Source: a virus
Length of the DNA stretch: 64,000 nt
Strand: one strand, 5' to 3'
Virus record (IMG/VR): IMGVR_UViG_3300023184_000033
Span: 32,001 to 96,000 of that record
In this document: positions 24,068 to 34,271 of the stretch, piece after piece
How the letters are laid out: each line of letters opens with the position of its first letter
Position numbering within the stretch: the stretch's first letter is position 1
The notes under the pieces: generated by a model
The model's input: only the letters and a program-made list of their open reading frames with translations
Database searches by the model: none
What the model was told of the DNA's origin: nothing
Translations under genes and position numbers: made by a program

Positions 24068-24093
24068 TATCATATCATTATTTATATTGGTTG

Positions 24094-24504
24094 TCAACCA
24101 TTTTGTGGTCTTTTACCACCAATATTATATTTCGGTACTAATTGCCATTCACTTTTCTCTTTATGTGAAATGATTTTTATCTGAGATAAAAAGATTGGTT
24201 CCGGTACCTCAATCTGTTGTTTTCGTACCACATCTAATAGACCCCAATCCTGAAGAAGCTTTACGATAGCGTTTCTTCTGGCTAAGTCATTTTCTGTAAT
24301 ATCTGTAGGTTTACCATCTAATGCAAATAATTCTTTAAAGTGTACAATATAGTATTGTCCTCTCTTATGCAGAATATGGCAAGATTGGTAAAGTGTTTGT
24401 TCTTTTTTTGATGCCACACCAATACGAGTTAAAGTTTCTCTTACTTTTAAGAAGTCATCAACTTCCTTTAGTGTAACCTCCACCAAATCTGTGATATTAA
24501 TCAT
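24094..24504 (-). CDS. regA: RegA translational repressor
   Basis: DDFLKVRETLTRIG, LYQSCHILHK.G.YYIVHFKE. Confidence 0.97.
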   Translation of the reverse strand: MINITDLVEVTLKEVDDFLKVRETLTRIGVASKKEQTLYQSCHILHKRGQYYIVHFKELFALDGKPTDITENDLARRNAIVKLLQDWGLLDVVRKQQIEVPEPIFLSQIKIISHKEKSEWQLVPKYNIGGKRPQNG

Positions 24505-24893
24505 TATTTTTTCACTCCGCCTTTGTCTGTTCTTATTCTTATTTCAGCGATTTGTTCATCGGTAAGAATAGTCAAAGCTTCTTTGGCCTTGTTATCAGAA
24601 TAACCAAAGTAGACTTTCACACATTCTAAATCTTTTTGGGCCTCGGCTTTTTGCCATGGTTGAAACTTTCGTTTCATAGACCTTACAGTATTTAGAAGAT
24701 AGGCATATTGAAGGTCCTTGTCGAGACCTGGACACTTATTCATCTCATTTGCATAGTATACACAGTCAATATGATAGGACAAGGCCTTGTTTATAATGTA
24801 TGGATTGTAGTCCTTCAAATCGATATCATCATGAATGACAGACTTTTTAGTCTGAAGAATCGATGGAATGATTTCTTTGAATAGATCCGGCAT
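24504..24893 (-). CDS. 62: Clamp loader small subunit gp62
   Basis: YNPYIINKALS, YFGYSDNKAKEAL; synteny. Confidence 0.92.
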   Translation of the reverse strand: MPDLFKEIIPSILQTKKSVIHDDIDLKDYNPYIINKALSYHIDCVYYANEMNKCPGLDKDLQYAYLLNTVRSMKRKFQPWQKAEAQKDLECVKVYFGYSDNKAKEALTILTDEQIAEIRIRTDKGGVKK

Positions 24894-25828
24894 TACTTAA
24901 ACTCACAATCTGCCATGATTTCTGTCAGGCAGGCCATAAGATTAATTTCATGGTCTGCAACAAAGGCGGCCTGATATTGGTATCTAGCAAGGTGAATAAC
25001 TAATTGTGGTACCGAGTTTGATGTGAGTGCTTCTGATAGTGTGTCATACAACTTACGGTACAAACGTGTTGGATCGTTATCCAAGTTGTTGGTGACCCAT
25101 TTACGACAGGCAGAAAAGTCTTTGTCACGTAGGGACTTGGTCAGTTCACCCATCTGAACATCCGTCACAGATGCCAAAATACCTTTATCGATACAACCAG
25201 ATACGGAATATCGTTGCAATTCATTTAGAACACGGCGATTGTCTGGAAAGTACTTGGTAATAATGGCAGCCACAACTTCTTTGTCGTAGGTGATTTCTTC
25301 TTCTTTGAGAATCCACTCCACACGTTTGAAGAATTGTGAAGCCATCTTTGCTTTGCTGCCATTGATTTTGAAGTCAATGACCGAGCAACGAGAATGAATC
25401 GGATCAATAATACGATTCTTAAAGTTACAGGTGAAGATAAACGAACAGTTACTAGAGAACTCCTCGATTGCACCACGCAATGCAGGTTGCGTTGAATTTG
25501 GATTTAGATAGTCTGCCTCATCGATGATGATGACCTTACGGCCACCAGTCAAAGACATAGACGAAGCATAGTTCTTAATTTTGTTACGAAGAACGTCAAT
25601 ACCAGACTCATCAGAACCGTTGATGATAATATAGTCACAACCCACTTCATTGCAAAGTGCTTTGGCGATTGTGGTTTTACCAACACCTGCTGTACCAGAC
25701 AATAACAGGTTTGGAATCTCTTTACGGTTTACATATTCCTGAAACGTAGTTTTAATGTTTTCAGGAAGGATACAGTCTTCAACTCTACTTGGGCGATACT
25801 TCTCCACCCACAAGATATCGTGATTCAT
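24893..25828 (-). CDS. 44: Clamp loader large subunit gp44
   Basis: WVEKYRP, GTAGVGKT, DEAD, SRC. Confidence 0.97.
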   Translation of the reverse strand: MNHDILWVEKYRPSRVEDCILPENIKTTFQEYVNRKEIPNLLLSGTAGVGKTTIAKALCNEVGCDYIIINGSDESGIDVLRNKIKNYASSMSLTGGRKVIIIDEADYLNPNSTQPALRGAIEEFSSNCSFIFTCNFKNRIIDPIHSRCSVIDFKINGSKAKMASQFFKRVEWILKEEEITYDKEVVAAIITKYFPDNRRVLNELQRYSVSGCIDKGILASVTDVQMGELTKSLRDKDFSACRKWVTNNLDNDPTRLYRKLYDTLSEALTSNSVPQLVIHLARYQYQAAFVADHEINLMACLTEIMADCEFK

Positions 25829-25858
25829 TCAAAAACTCCATAATATAAAAAATTAACA

Positions 25859-26137
25859 TTACTTAATAGAAGTAATACTTTCAATGAGGGATTCAAGTTC
25901 TTTGAACTCTGCAACCTCAGTTTGTAATGACTGCTTGTGCTGTGTTTTGGCAATGCGTTTAATAATCTTTTTAGGGATTTTTAATTCGTCATGTCCAATT
26001 TCAATGATATCTTTGATTGCTTGATTGTTTGCTTCATTTTTTTGAATGTGTAAAACAATCTCATCGATATAACCTTTGAGAGATTTTAATTGTTTCTCAT
26101 CAAAGGTTCCATATAATGTGGTAACTTGATTAACCAT
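25859..26137 (-). CDS. T4 DsbA-like double-stranded DNA-binding protein
   Basis: IKDII...ELKIPKKIIKRIAKTQHKQ pattern. Confidence 0.6.
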   Translation of the reverse strand: MVNQVTTLYGTFDEKQLKSLKGYIDEIVLHIQKNEANNQAIKDIIEIGHDELKIPKKIIKRIAKTQHKQSLQTEVAEFKELESLIESITSIK

Positions 26138-26339
26138 TGCTATTCAATGCGCCTACAATTTCTAGATAAACTGCTTTGACAATCACTTGGCGACCTGATG
26201 TAAAAATTACACAACGTTCCGGTCCAACCTCAGCAACGCCTTCAATTTTATCTTTGGCAATTGCAATGCTGCGTTCAACAACTTGTTGTTGTTCACCATC
26301 ACCGGTAATTTCTAACATTTGAAAATGCATAAAATTCAT
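26130..26339 (-). CDS. Hypothetical protein
   Basis: 69 aa coupled ORF. Confidence 0.65.
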   Translation of the reverse strand: MNFMHFQMLEITGDGEQQQVVERSIAIAKDKIEGVAEVGPERCVIFTSGRQVIVKAVYLEIVGALNSNG

Positions 26340-26340
26340 A

Positions 26341-27009
26341 TTATTCTACCTTAGAGTCTTTCGCTTCAAAAGCGATAAAATATTCAATATCAACGTTGAC
26401 ATTTTTAAAGAAACAGAATCCTTTAAAAGAAATCTGTACGTCATATGTACCAGCAATCAACTTCAGGTTTTCAACTAAGAAAATAACCTTGAATTTGTTT
26501 CCGTTACCTGTTCCAACTTCAACTGAGTTTGTGTGTGCTGAGTCATCTTTAGCATTACAGGCTGTCAACTTAATGGTTTCGCCATCAGATTCAACTGCAA
26601 TATGTGGTGATTGTAAGACCTTTGCGGCATCTATAATGGATGCATAGTCTTCTTGTGTCAACTGGAAAGTAGAATCAATACTGGGAAGCGTCAATACTTT
26701 TTCTGGCGGAGTAACAATCATGTGTTTGGCAGTCTTACGATATGTTGTACGACTACGACCATTTTTGAAAATGACATTTGAGTCATCAAAATCCATCTCA
26801 GGGTCTTTGTTCAAGAAATATACAGACAAGAATTGATTCAAGTCATATACACAAAAATCTTGCGGAAAGTTATCCTTGAGGGTAGCCTTAGCAAGTACTG
26901 TTTTACTGGATGAGATTGTAGAAATCTTATTGCCAGTTTTAAACTCAATGCCGGGGTTAATGCTTGCAAAGTTTTTCAATACATCAACGGTTTCTTTCGA
27001 AAGTTTCAT
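26341..27009 (-). CDS. 45: Sliding clamp gp45
   Basis: MKLSKETVDVLKNFASIN, YDLNQFLS. Confidence 0.96.
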   Translation of the reverse strand: MKLSKETVDVLKNFASINPGIEFKTGNKISTISSSKTVLAKATLKDNFPQDFCVYDLNQFLSVYFLNKDPEMDFDDSNVIFKNGRSRTTYRKTAKHMIVTPPEKVLTLPSIDSTFQLTQEDYASIIDAAKVLQSPHIAVESDGETIKLTACNAKDDSAHTNSVEVGTGNGNKFKVIFLVENLKLIAGTYDVQISFKGFCFFKNVNVDIEYFIAFEAKDSKVE

Positions 27010-27407
27010 TTCACTTCTCCATCATTTAAAGAATACATTATATCATGTTCATATAAAAACATCAAGCAGCACATAGCATGTGCCAAGTGATGTATACCAG
27101 ATTCTGGATCCATCTGTTCGCCTTTTTTGTAGGCCCAAATGTGCCGTTCCATTGCATCGAAATATCTACGCTTCGAATCTGGTACTTTTTTCCAATTATC
27201 ACGTTCATACTTCTGAGCACCAAAAGTTAGAACCTTTACTGTTTCCTCTAATGCAAGAGGTGGTAGTAAACCATATTCCAATTTTCCACCATCGAACTTG
27301 CGGCCTGTATTGGGCATTTCGGCCAAAATTGGCCGATTATTATTAAACTCTATTTTGCCGATTGAAAAATCATGAGCAATTGGCGGCAAAGGTCTTATTG
27401 TCATCAC
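27006..27407 (-). CDS. DUF5664 dATP/dGTP diphosphohydrolase-like protein
   Basis: KFDGGK, FGAQKYERDNW, DPESGIHHLAHA. Confidence 0.85.
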   Translation of the reverse strand: MMTIRPLPPIAHDFSIGKIEFNNNRPILAEMPNTGRKFDGGKLEYGLLPPLALEETVKVLTFGAQKYERDNWKKVPDSKRRYFDAMERHIWAYKKGEQMDPESGIHHLAHAMCCLMFLYEHDIMYSLNDGEVK

Positions 27408-28201
27408 ATCTCTCCAACAAAGTTAGCCACTGCTGGCATGTCTCCCTTGAAGTGATATGTACCAATGTGGTCTGTTTTCATCCATGGACACAGGAAGATT
27501 TTACCACCAATGTTTCTCCACCACTGACAGAACATATAATCTTCTGAAAGATAACGTTGAGAATCTTTATCAATAACTGTATCAAAATAGGCATGAATGT
27601 ATCGTGTGCCATCAAAGTGAGCTTGACCAACGTGGTCTGGTTTATAACGAAATTCAGGATATGCTTTTTCCCAAACACTAAACACTTCACGTTTTACCAT
27701 CATAAATCCTGTACCAATTTCAAGTACTTCTAATGGTTCAGACACATTGAATTGTGCAGTACCTTTAACAGGATTAAAAACATAATCACCAGTAATATTT
27801 GCCAAATCGTTTGGTTCAATTTCTGGATTCTTTAGGATAGCAGTCTTCACAGACTTCCATTTAATTGCTTTCTTAGGATACGGGCCACCAATAACATCTT
27901 TATCCAAAGCAAGTAATGCAATCACATCACGTGGATCAAAATGAATATCTGAATCCAAGAATAATAGGTGTGTGCAATCTGAACGATTCAAGAATTCATC
28001 AACAAGATAATTTCTTGCACGTGTAATTAATGATTCATTGAAGAGAAAAGAAAACTTTATTTGAATTCCATATTGAATACAAAGTGCTTGCAAATCAAGA
28101 CAAGCTTTACAGTACAGACCGTGATTCATACCGCCATACATTGGTGTGGCCACAAAGATTTTTTTCTTTTGCAAATCTTCTTTTTTAATTGAAATTTCCA
28201 T
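27404..28201 (-). CDS. GT-A-fold glycosyltransferase-like protein
   Basis: VATPMYGG, ESLITRARN, FLDSDI, GTGFM, LSEDYMFC. Confidence 0.7.
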   Translation of the reverse strand: MEISIKKEDLQKKKIFVATPMYGGMNHGLYCKACLDLQALCIQYGIQIKFSFLFNESLITRARNYLVDEFLNRSDCTHLLFLDSDIHFDPRDVIALLALDKDVIGGPYPKKAIKWKSVKTAILKNPEIEPNDLANITGDYVFNPVKGTAQFNVSEPLEVLEIGTGFMMVKREVFSVWEKAYPEFRYKPDHVGQAHFDGTRYIHAYFDTVIDKDSQRYLSEDYMFCQWWRNIGGKIFLCPWMKTDHIGTYHFKGDMPAVANFVGEM

Positions 28202-28215
28202 CTTTTCTCCGAAAT

Positions 28216-28251
28216 AAAAAAAAAGGGGTAAGCCAAAGATGGCTTAACCCC
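28216..28251 (-). terminator. Intrinsic terminator
   Basis: GGGGTTAAGCC/GGCTTACCCC stem plus T9. Confidence 0.8.
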
Positions 28252-28266
28252 CATACTAACGCTTGA

Positions 28267-28527
28267 TTAGAATCCTGCAGCGTATGCAGCACGAATCATT
28301 GCTTTAGTTGGTTTACCTGTACGATAAACTTGAACTTTGCTACCATCACCACGGCGTTTTGTGTTCGTGTAGATTACGTTGCCTTCTTGACGGAGTTCGT
28401 CAATACGAGCAGCAACATTAGAGATACCAAAACGAGCACGTGCTTGTGCAACGCTTAGTGTGTTGTAACCCTCAGACTTGTTCAAGAAGTTGAGAATCTT
28501 TTGTTTTGCTGAAATAACTTTTGCCAT
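28267..28527 (-). CDS. Small basic winged-helix-like protein
   Basis: AQARARFGISNVAARIDELRQEG; promoter TTGACA-17-TATGAT at 28584-28612. Confidence 0.7.
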   Translation of the reverse strand: MAKVISAKQKILNFLNKSEGYNTLSVAQARARFGISNVAARIDELRQEGNVIYTNTKRRGDGSKVQVYRTGKPTKAMIRAAYAAGF

Positions 28528-28634
28528 AATATAGCTCCTAAAATAATAAAAAATAACGAAATCTTGTTTGCACAAGAACACATATCATAACATTATATAT
28601 GTGTATTGTCAAGCGTTTTACTGGTACACTTAAC

Positions 28635-29900
28635 TTATCTGCCGACCTGGGGCAAATATTTCTTCTTGGTTTCTTCCCAAGAAAGCATAATCAAGTCATC
28701 ATAGAAAAGTGTTTCATATGAAACATTGTTTTTCTTTTTTAACATTGATATGCGACCTTTGGCATATTTGGTTTTCCAAATAGTTGCCAGAGTTTTCTCA
28801 CTAGTGTCAAATGACTTTACCAGTTGGTCATCTGAAATCTGTTTACACAAATATTCATTCGTGTTGTTGTACAGAGGTGAGAAATATATACCACGTTGAT
28901 GTTCGGTTCTAATCAATTCTTTTGGAATCTTTAGTTTAGAATACGCAAAGTTCAACGAACGGTTTTTGTGGTCACGTTTAAGTGGAAGTCCTTGAGTGTT
29001 CTTGGCTTCCCACCATTCAAAGTATTTACGTGTATGGTTTTCTTTAATCCATTCGAATACCATATGCATGGTTTTTCTCTTTGGTTCAAATGCAACCGAA
29101 CCAGAGGAGAATCCCATTTTGTTCCAGTGTTCTAGTCCATCATATTGAGAAAGACCACCAGACTTAGTATTCCCATAAAGAGAAGTAGTTGTAACTCCCA
29201 CCAGGACATCTCCATATCTTTCCTTCCAGTCTTTTTGTACAGTATCGGAAAGACACAACAAGGCCAGTAGTTTACCACCCATATAATTAAACCCTAGTGG
29301 CTGTAAAGGTACTATGGTTGATCCGATGGCTGTATGATTAATCATACCTTGTTGTGTCTTAACATCTCTTGACCAACCAATTGCATTATCTCTTGGAGTC
29401 AAGTCTAGGAAATCGGATGATATACAAATAACACCCAAGTACTTACCTGTTTTATTATCCTTAACTGTATAAAACAAGTTACGACCAATATTAGAGTTGT
29501 TCTTCATTGTAGAAGAAAAGGTGCGAATGGCATTCCATGTTTCTGCCAAGTCACCATTCGACAATTCTAAAACTGGTTCTAAATTCTCATAGTCATCTGG
29601 ATTCTGTGGCATCCAGAAATTACTTTTTACTTTATCAACAATCTTCTTTTGGTCAGGATTCAACATCTGAAGTTCATCACCAAAAAGTGTATTGACTTCT
29701 CTTGTAGGATAACGTTCTTTCACTTCACACCATTTTTGGTATAAGGTATATTCACGTACATCCATTTTAGATGCATATGTCAAATCTTCTGTGAGAGTTT
29801 TCTTGAGTTGTTCTTCATCAATGTGTTCAAAATATTCAGGAGAATTTTTCTCTTGCCATTCAGACCATTGTTTATCAACGTACTCTACTGGAGTTGCCAT
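28635..29900 (-). CDS. DUF4338 / Druantia DruA-like protein
   Basis: GRNL, PRDNAIGW, LGFNYMGGKLLALL, TTSLYG motifs; family assigned from memory. Confidence 0.55.
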   Translation of the reverse strand: MATPVEYVDKQWSEWQEKNSPEYFEHIDEEQLKKTLTEDLTYASKMDVREYTLYQKWCEVKERYPTREVNTLFGDELQMLNPDQKKIVDKVKSNFWMPQNPDDYENLEPVLELSNGDLAETWNAIRTFSSTMKNNSNIGRNLFYTVKDNKTGKYLGVICISSDFLDLTPRDNAIGWSRDVKTQQGMINHTAIGSTIVPLQPLGFNYMGGKLLALLCLSDTVQKDWKERYGDVLVGVTTTSLYGNTKSGGLSQYDGLEHWNKMGFSSGSVAFEPKRKTMHMVFEWIKENHTRKYFEWWEAKNTQGLPLKRDHKNRSLNFAYSKLKIPKELIRTEHQRGIYFSPLYNNTNEYLCKQISDDQLVKSFDTSEKTLATIWKTKYAKGRISMLKKKNNVSYETLFYDDLIMLSWEETKKKYLPQVGR

Positions 29901-30495
29901 GTTTTAATTTACTCGCATTTTTCTGCAAACGGGATGCCATTGTTAGAAGTTTATCTTTTTTCTTCATACCTTGTTTCAAGGCTAAAGGTTTTACACGACT
30001 AGTGTAACACACTCCGTTCAGATGGTCAAGCTCATGGAGAAAACATCTTGCACTTATACCAGTTAAGTTTTCTTTTTTTAGTTCTCCTAGATGGTTGTGG
30101 AACTCTACCACAATACCAGCAGAACGTTCAATATGCAGGCCTAACAATGGAAATGAAAGGCAACCTTCCGTCATCATTACTTTATCATTGGATTCAGCAA
30201 TCAACTTGGGATTAAAAAATGCCACATATTCATCACCAGCACCCATTACAAATACACGATGTTTAAATCCACATTGATTGGCAGATAATGATACACCACG
30301 ATGGTGTTTACATGTCTCAACCAAACGTGATGCCAATAAAACCGGATCTGTTGGTGGTTTTTTAAAATCAAATTCTGGTAGTACCTCTTTCAAAACCAGA
30401 TCAGTTTCTGGAACCAAATCAAAGAGTTGTACATGCATCATCCGATTCGGTTCAGCCAAATCGTTTGTATTAAATCTAATAATCTCTTCACTCAT
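29875..30495 (-). CDS. def: Peptide deformylase
   Basis: GVSLSANQCG, EGCLS, HELDH. Confidence 0.93.
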   Translation of the reverse strand: MSEEIIRFNTNDLAEPNRMMHVQLFDLVPETDLVLKEVLPEFDFKKPPTDPVLLASRLVETCKHHRGVSLSANQCGFKHRVFVMGAGDEYVAFFNPKLIAESNDKVMMTEGCLSFPLLGLHIERSAGIVVEFHNHLGELKKENLTGISARCFLHELDHLNGVCYTSRVKPLALKQGMKKKDKLLTMASRLQKNASKLKHGNSSRVR

Positions 30496-32207
30496 TTTTC
30501 AATCCTACTAAAATTGTTTTTCTTGCCAAACTTAATTACACTACGGAACTTATCAAATAGTTGGTCACCCTTATGAGAGATAACAAACACATTTGTATCA
30601 ATACCAATTTCGTGTATCAGCTTTAAAAATTCTTCAGTGCCTACAGTATCCAAAGAAGAATCAAACACTTCATCCAAAATCAATAGATTGGTATTGGTAC
30701 TATTCTTTAGTTTTGCAATCTGTCTCCATGTAAACAATAGAGCCAGATCGATACGCATCTTTTCACCCTCGGAGAAGTTTGCATAAGAGAAATCATCACG
30801 GTGTCTACTCTTAATTGTTTCTTCAAAATTCTCATTGATGTTAAAGTTAACAAAGAAGTCCATTGCAGTTAGGTACTTGTTAATTAACTTGTTCATAACT
30901 GGCAAATACTGTTTGATGATTCTGGTTTTGATACCCGTATCTTTCAACAGATTACTTGCAAATTCGTTGTATTGTTTTTCAATTAATAGTTCTTTGTATG
31001 TTTGATTGTATCCATCCAGTTCAACTTTCAAGTCTTTTAACTTTTGGTTTTCTTCTTCAAGGTTGTCTTTGCGTATGGATAACTCGCCAACTTCTGCTTG
31101 AATTTTGGCAATATATTTGTTTACTGCCGAGATGGTAGAATTGTGTTTTACAATCTCATTGTTATGTTCTTGGACATGTTTAACTATTTTTTGGATTTCT
31201 TCGATTCTTGCATTTGCTTTTTGGATTTGTCCCTCGATATCTTTAACTGCAAGGCTAACCGTTCCCTTTGTTTGATTGATTCCACTAAGCTGGCTATGTC
31301 TGAAGGTGTCAGCGATATCCTGCTTACAGGTTGGACAGGAGTGATTTTCATCGTAGAACTTTTCCTCTTTATCAAGTTTTTTAAGTTTAGATTCCAGTTT
31401 AGATTCTAATTGTAATAATTTAGAACTTTTCTTTTCGATTAATAATTTGTCCGAAATCTTATTTTGCAGTATATCAATGTGTTTATTGATTAATACAATC
31501 TCTTTATTTAATTTATCAATCTGTTGTTCAGACTCAATGATTTCATTTTTCTTTTTATCAATTTCGGCATCATTGTGTTTCTTATGTTCGTCAATATTAT
31601 GTTTTTGCAGTTCAATTTTTTCACCTGCAAGCACCATATCGTATTTGCTTTTGGTAAGATTTTCTTTTACAATAGACATACGTTCCTTCACAAGATTATT
31701 CATCGAGGAAAAGATTTGAATGTCTAGAAGGTCCTCAATGATTGTTCTTCGGTCTGATGAAGACAATTGCATGAACGGAGTGAATGATGCTGAACCAAGA
31801 ATAACAACCTGCGTAAAAGACTTATAGTTTAGTTTAAGAATTGAATTCTCTAATATGTCTTGATAGTCTTTAGCAGCTGCATCTTGATTCAGCAAAACAG
31901 AATCGCAGTAAATCTCAAACACGTTAGGTTTAATACCACGAACAATTTTATAGTTCTTTTGACCAATCTTTAATTCAATTTCAACAATACAATCACGTTG
32001 ATTAATTGAGTTCAACAGTTGTGGTTTATTAATTTTACGGAAAGGTTTTCCAAAAAGACCAAAACATAAGGCATCCAGAATTGTGGATTTGCCTGCACCA
32101 TTATGTCCAATCACAAGAGTGTTTGGAGATTTGGTTAAACTAATTTCGGTAAAGGCGGCACCTGTACTTAAAAAATTACGCCATCTAACTTTTTCAAATA
32201 AAATCAT
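30492..32207 (-). CDS. 46: gp46 recombination ATPase (Rad50-like)
   Basis: GHNGAGKS, CPTC hook, FSEGE, LILDE. Confidence 0.97.
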   Translation of the reverse strand: MILFEKVRWRNFLSTGAAFTEISLTKSPNTLVIGHNGAGKSTILDALCFGLFGKPFRKINKPQLLNSINQRDCIVEIELKIGQKNYKIVRGIKPNVFEIYCDSVLLNQDAAAKDYQDILENSILKLNYKSFTQVVILGSASFTPFMQLSSSDRRTIIEDLLDIQIFSSMNNLVKERMSIVKENLTKSKYDMVLAGEKIELQKHNIDEHKKHNDAEIDKKKNEIIESEQQIDKLNKEIVLINKHIDILQNKISDKLLIEKKSSKLLQLESKLESKLKKLDKEEKFYDENHSCPTCKQDIADTFRHSQLSGINQTKGTVSLAVKDIEGQIQKANARIEEIQKIVKHVQEHNNEIVKHNSTISAVNKYIAKIQAEVGELSIRKDNLEEENQKLKDLKVELDGYNQTYKELLIEKQYNEFASNLLKDTGIKTRIIKQYLPVMNKLINKYLTAMDFFVNFNINENFEETIKSRHRDDFSYANFSEGEKMRIDLALLFTWRQIAKLKNSTNTNLLILDEVFDSSLDTVGTEEFLKLIHEIGIDTNVFVISHKGDQLFDKFRSVIKFGKKNNFSRIEK

Positions 32208-33286
32208 GCTTGATTAGTGTTCAATGCTTCAACATAAAGTTCACGTAATATTGTTTTCAACTTGGCGTTGTCAATATTTTCTTCTTGAATAGAATCCACA
32301 TACTTGTTCAAAATAGTCAATGTGTCTTCCGCTTGGTCAATCATATCATCTTCTAGACCTTCTGTCAAGTCCATAAAGTCTTCGGCAATGGTAATATCGA
32401 TTGGATTAATTCCATAAAGTTTGTTCATAAACTGGTCAAACAGATATGGATTAGTCTTGTTTATAACCACCACTTTAACATATGTGTTGGTATATAATGA
32501 AAAGTCTTTGTGTAGAATATTGTTTATTGAATCAGATTTATCATCATAGGTGATTCTATGAAACATGATATTAGGATTCTGTACAAATACCAAGTTGCGG
32601 GAATCCAAGTCAAAGATATGAAAACCCCGACCATCAGAATAATCCTGCCAGGTAAGTTCGTATGGATTACCAAGGTAATAAATATTATCCCTATCAGACT
32701 TATGATGATAGTGGCCGCTAAAAGTATACTCAAAACGTTTAAAAATATCACGACTCAATCCTTCCAAAGATGGCATTCCACGGTGCATTGCAAAACCGGC
32801 AATTTCAAAGTGACCCATGCAAAGTGTAGCTGATGTGTTTTTAATTTCAGCCATGCATTGTTCATAATTCTCAGGACAAATCCAAGGAACCATACAAACA
32901 TCGTATTCGGCATTCGCATACTGCAAATGAATTGTCTGAGGCGTATCAATCACATTGATATTGTCATACTCACGTAGTAACAAATCAACAGAGTTTACAT
33001 CATTGGTATTTTTAAAGTAGGTGTCGTGATTACCGGCCAACATGTGTACTTTGATACCCAAGTTTTGAAGTCTATCAAAGAACATTTCTTTGGTTCGTTT
33101 GAGTGAAAAGAAGTTAACGTATTTTCTTCGGTCAAATGTATCACCAAGAATTAAAACGGTATCAATTTTTTCCTCATCGATTTTTGGAAAGAATGTTTCT
33201 TTGTAAAACTTTTCATAATAGTCCAGAAAGTGAACAGAATCATTACGAGCACCAAAGTGTTGGTCAGTTATTATCGCTACTTTCAT
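32204..33286 (-). CDS. 47: gp47 recombination nuclease (Mre11-like)
   Basis: TDQHFG, GDTFD, GNHD, SGHYH. Confidence 0.97.
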   Translation of the reverse strand: MKVAIITDQHFGARNDSVHFLDYYEKFYKETFFPKIDEEKIDTVLILGDTFDRRKYVNFFSLKRTKEMFFDRLQNLGIKVHMLAGNHDTYFKNTNDVNSVDLLLREYDNINVIDTPQTIHLQYANAEYDVCMVPWICPENYEQCMAEIKNTSATLCMGHFEIAGFAMHRGMPSLEGLSRDIFKRFEYTFSGHYHHKSDRDNIYYLGNPYELTWQDYSDGRGFHIFDLDSRNLVFVQNPNIMFHRITYDDKSDSINNILHKDFSLYTNTYVKVVVINKTNPYLFDQFMNKLYGINPIDITIAEDFMDLTEGLEDDMIDQAEDTLTILNKYVDSIQEENIDNAKLKTILRELYVEALNTNQA

Positions 33287-33705
33287 TACCATTTATTTTT
33301 CAGTGTTTCTTTCTCATAAACCATCCTGCGTAGATTGGTTGTGGAAAAACTATGTTTACGACTATTGAAATGGAGTTCAATTGGCAAGTCACAACCAGTG
33401 AATTGCGTATCTTTGTACTCCTCTCCAATGATTCTAACACTAATTGGATAAGAAAGCAATAGGTCCATCAACTCTTTTTCCGTTTCATATGGTATAATTT
33501 CATCAACATACTTACAGGCATCAAGTTGGATGTATCGTTCAAAGAGTGTTTGTACCGGTTTGTTTTTAGTTTCCGGTCTATCAATGGTTGGATCAGACTG
33601 TAATCCAACAATCAAATAATCACATTGAGTCTTTGCCTCTTTCAACATCATTACATGACCTGCGTGGAACAAATCAAAAGTGGAACAAGTAAAACCAATT
33701 TTCAT
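33286..33705 (-). CDS. Cytidylyltransferase (TagD-like)
   Basis: TFDLFHAGH, HSFSTT. Confidence 0.88.
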   Translation of the reverse strand: MKIGFTCSTFDLFHAGHVMMLKEAKTQCDYLIVGLQSDPTIDRPETKNKPVQTLFERYIQLDACKYVDEIIPYETEKELMDLLLSYPISVRIIGEEYKDTQFTGCDLPIELHFNSRKHSFSTTNLRRMVYEKETLKNKW

Positions 33706-34271
33706 AGTGGTTTCTCCTCTGTTACCTCATCATCATCAAAAAACTTTTCCAAAGCTTTCAACTTCATTTTAGTTGCCGCTTCTTTCTTCAACTCTCTGGC
33801 ATCTTCATAGTTGCCAATAAATTCAGAAATGTTGTCGTATAATTCAAATTGTTTTGAATGTCCATCTTCACCTTCCATCATTTCAAATTCATCTAAAATA
33901 CCAAACATTTCGGTAGCTTTGTATTTTACATAAAGCTGTTTTTTCTCTTTTTGAATCCTACGTAAAAAAGCAAAGTAAATCACTTGTGTGAAATATGCGA
34001 ATGGATTTTTGGACTTCTCAGGATCAAAGTTGTTGAAGTACTGTAGGCAGTTTTCGATACCATCTGACATCATCTCATCTCGGTATGAGTAATTGATAAA
34101 GTTTGGTTTATGTGACAGGCCCTCAGCAATTTTCATGAAACATTCCCCAATGTAATTGGGTATTGCAGGTTCAGGTGTGTTGTTCTTTTTTGCCTCTAGA
34201 CTTTTGGTCTTGTATTCAACCAAAGCCTCAAGGAAATCGGCGTTATTAATATAGTGTTTAATTTTACTCAT
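33702..34271 (-). CDS. 55: gp55 late-transcription sigma factor
   Basis: HYINNADF, KIAEGLSHKPNF, NPFAYFTQ. Confidence 0.97.
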   Translation of the reverse strand: MSKIKHYINNADFLEALVEYKTKSLEAKKNNTPEPAIPNYIGECFMKIAEGLSHKPNFINYSYRDEMMSDGIENCLQYFNNFDPEKSKNPFAYFTQVIYFAFLRRIQKEKKQLYVKYKATEMFGILDEFEMMEGEDGHSKQFELYDNISEFIGNYEDARELKKEAATKMKLKALEKFFDDDEVTEEKPL

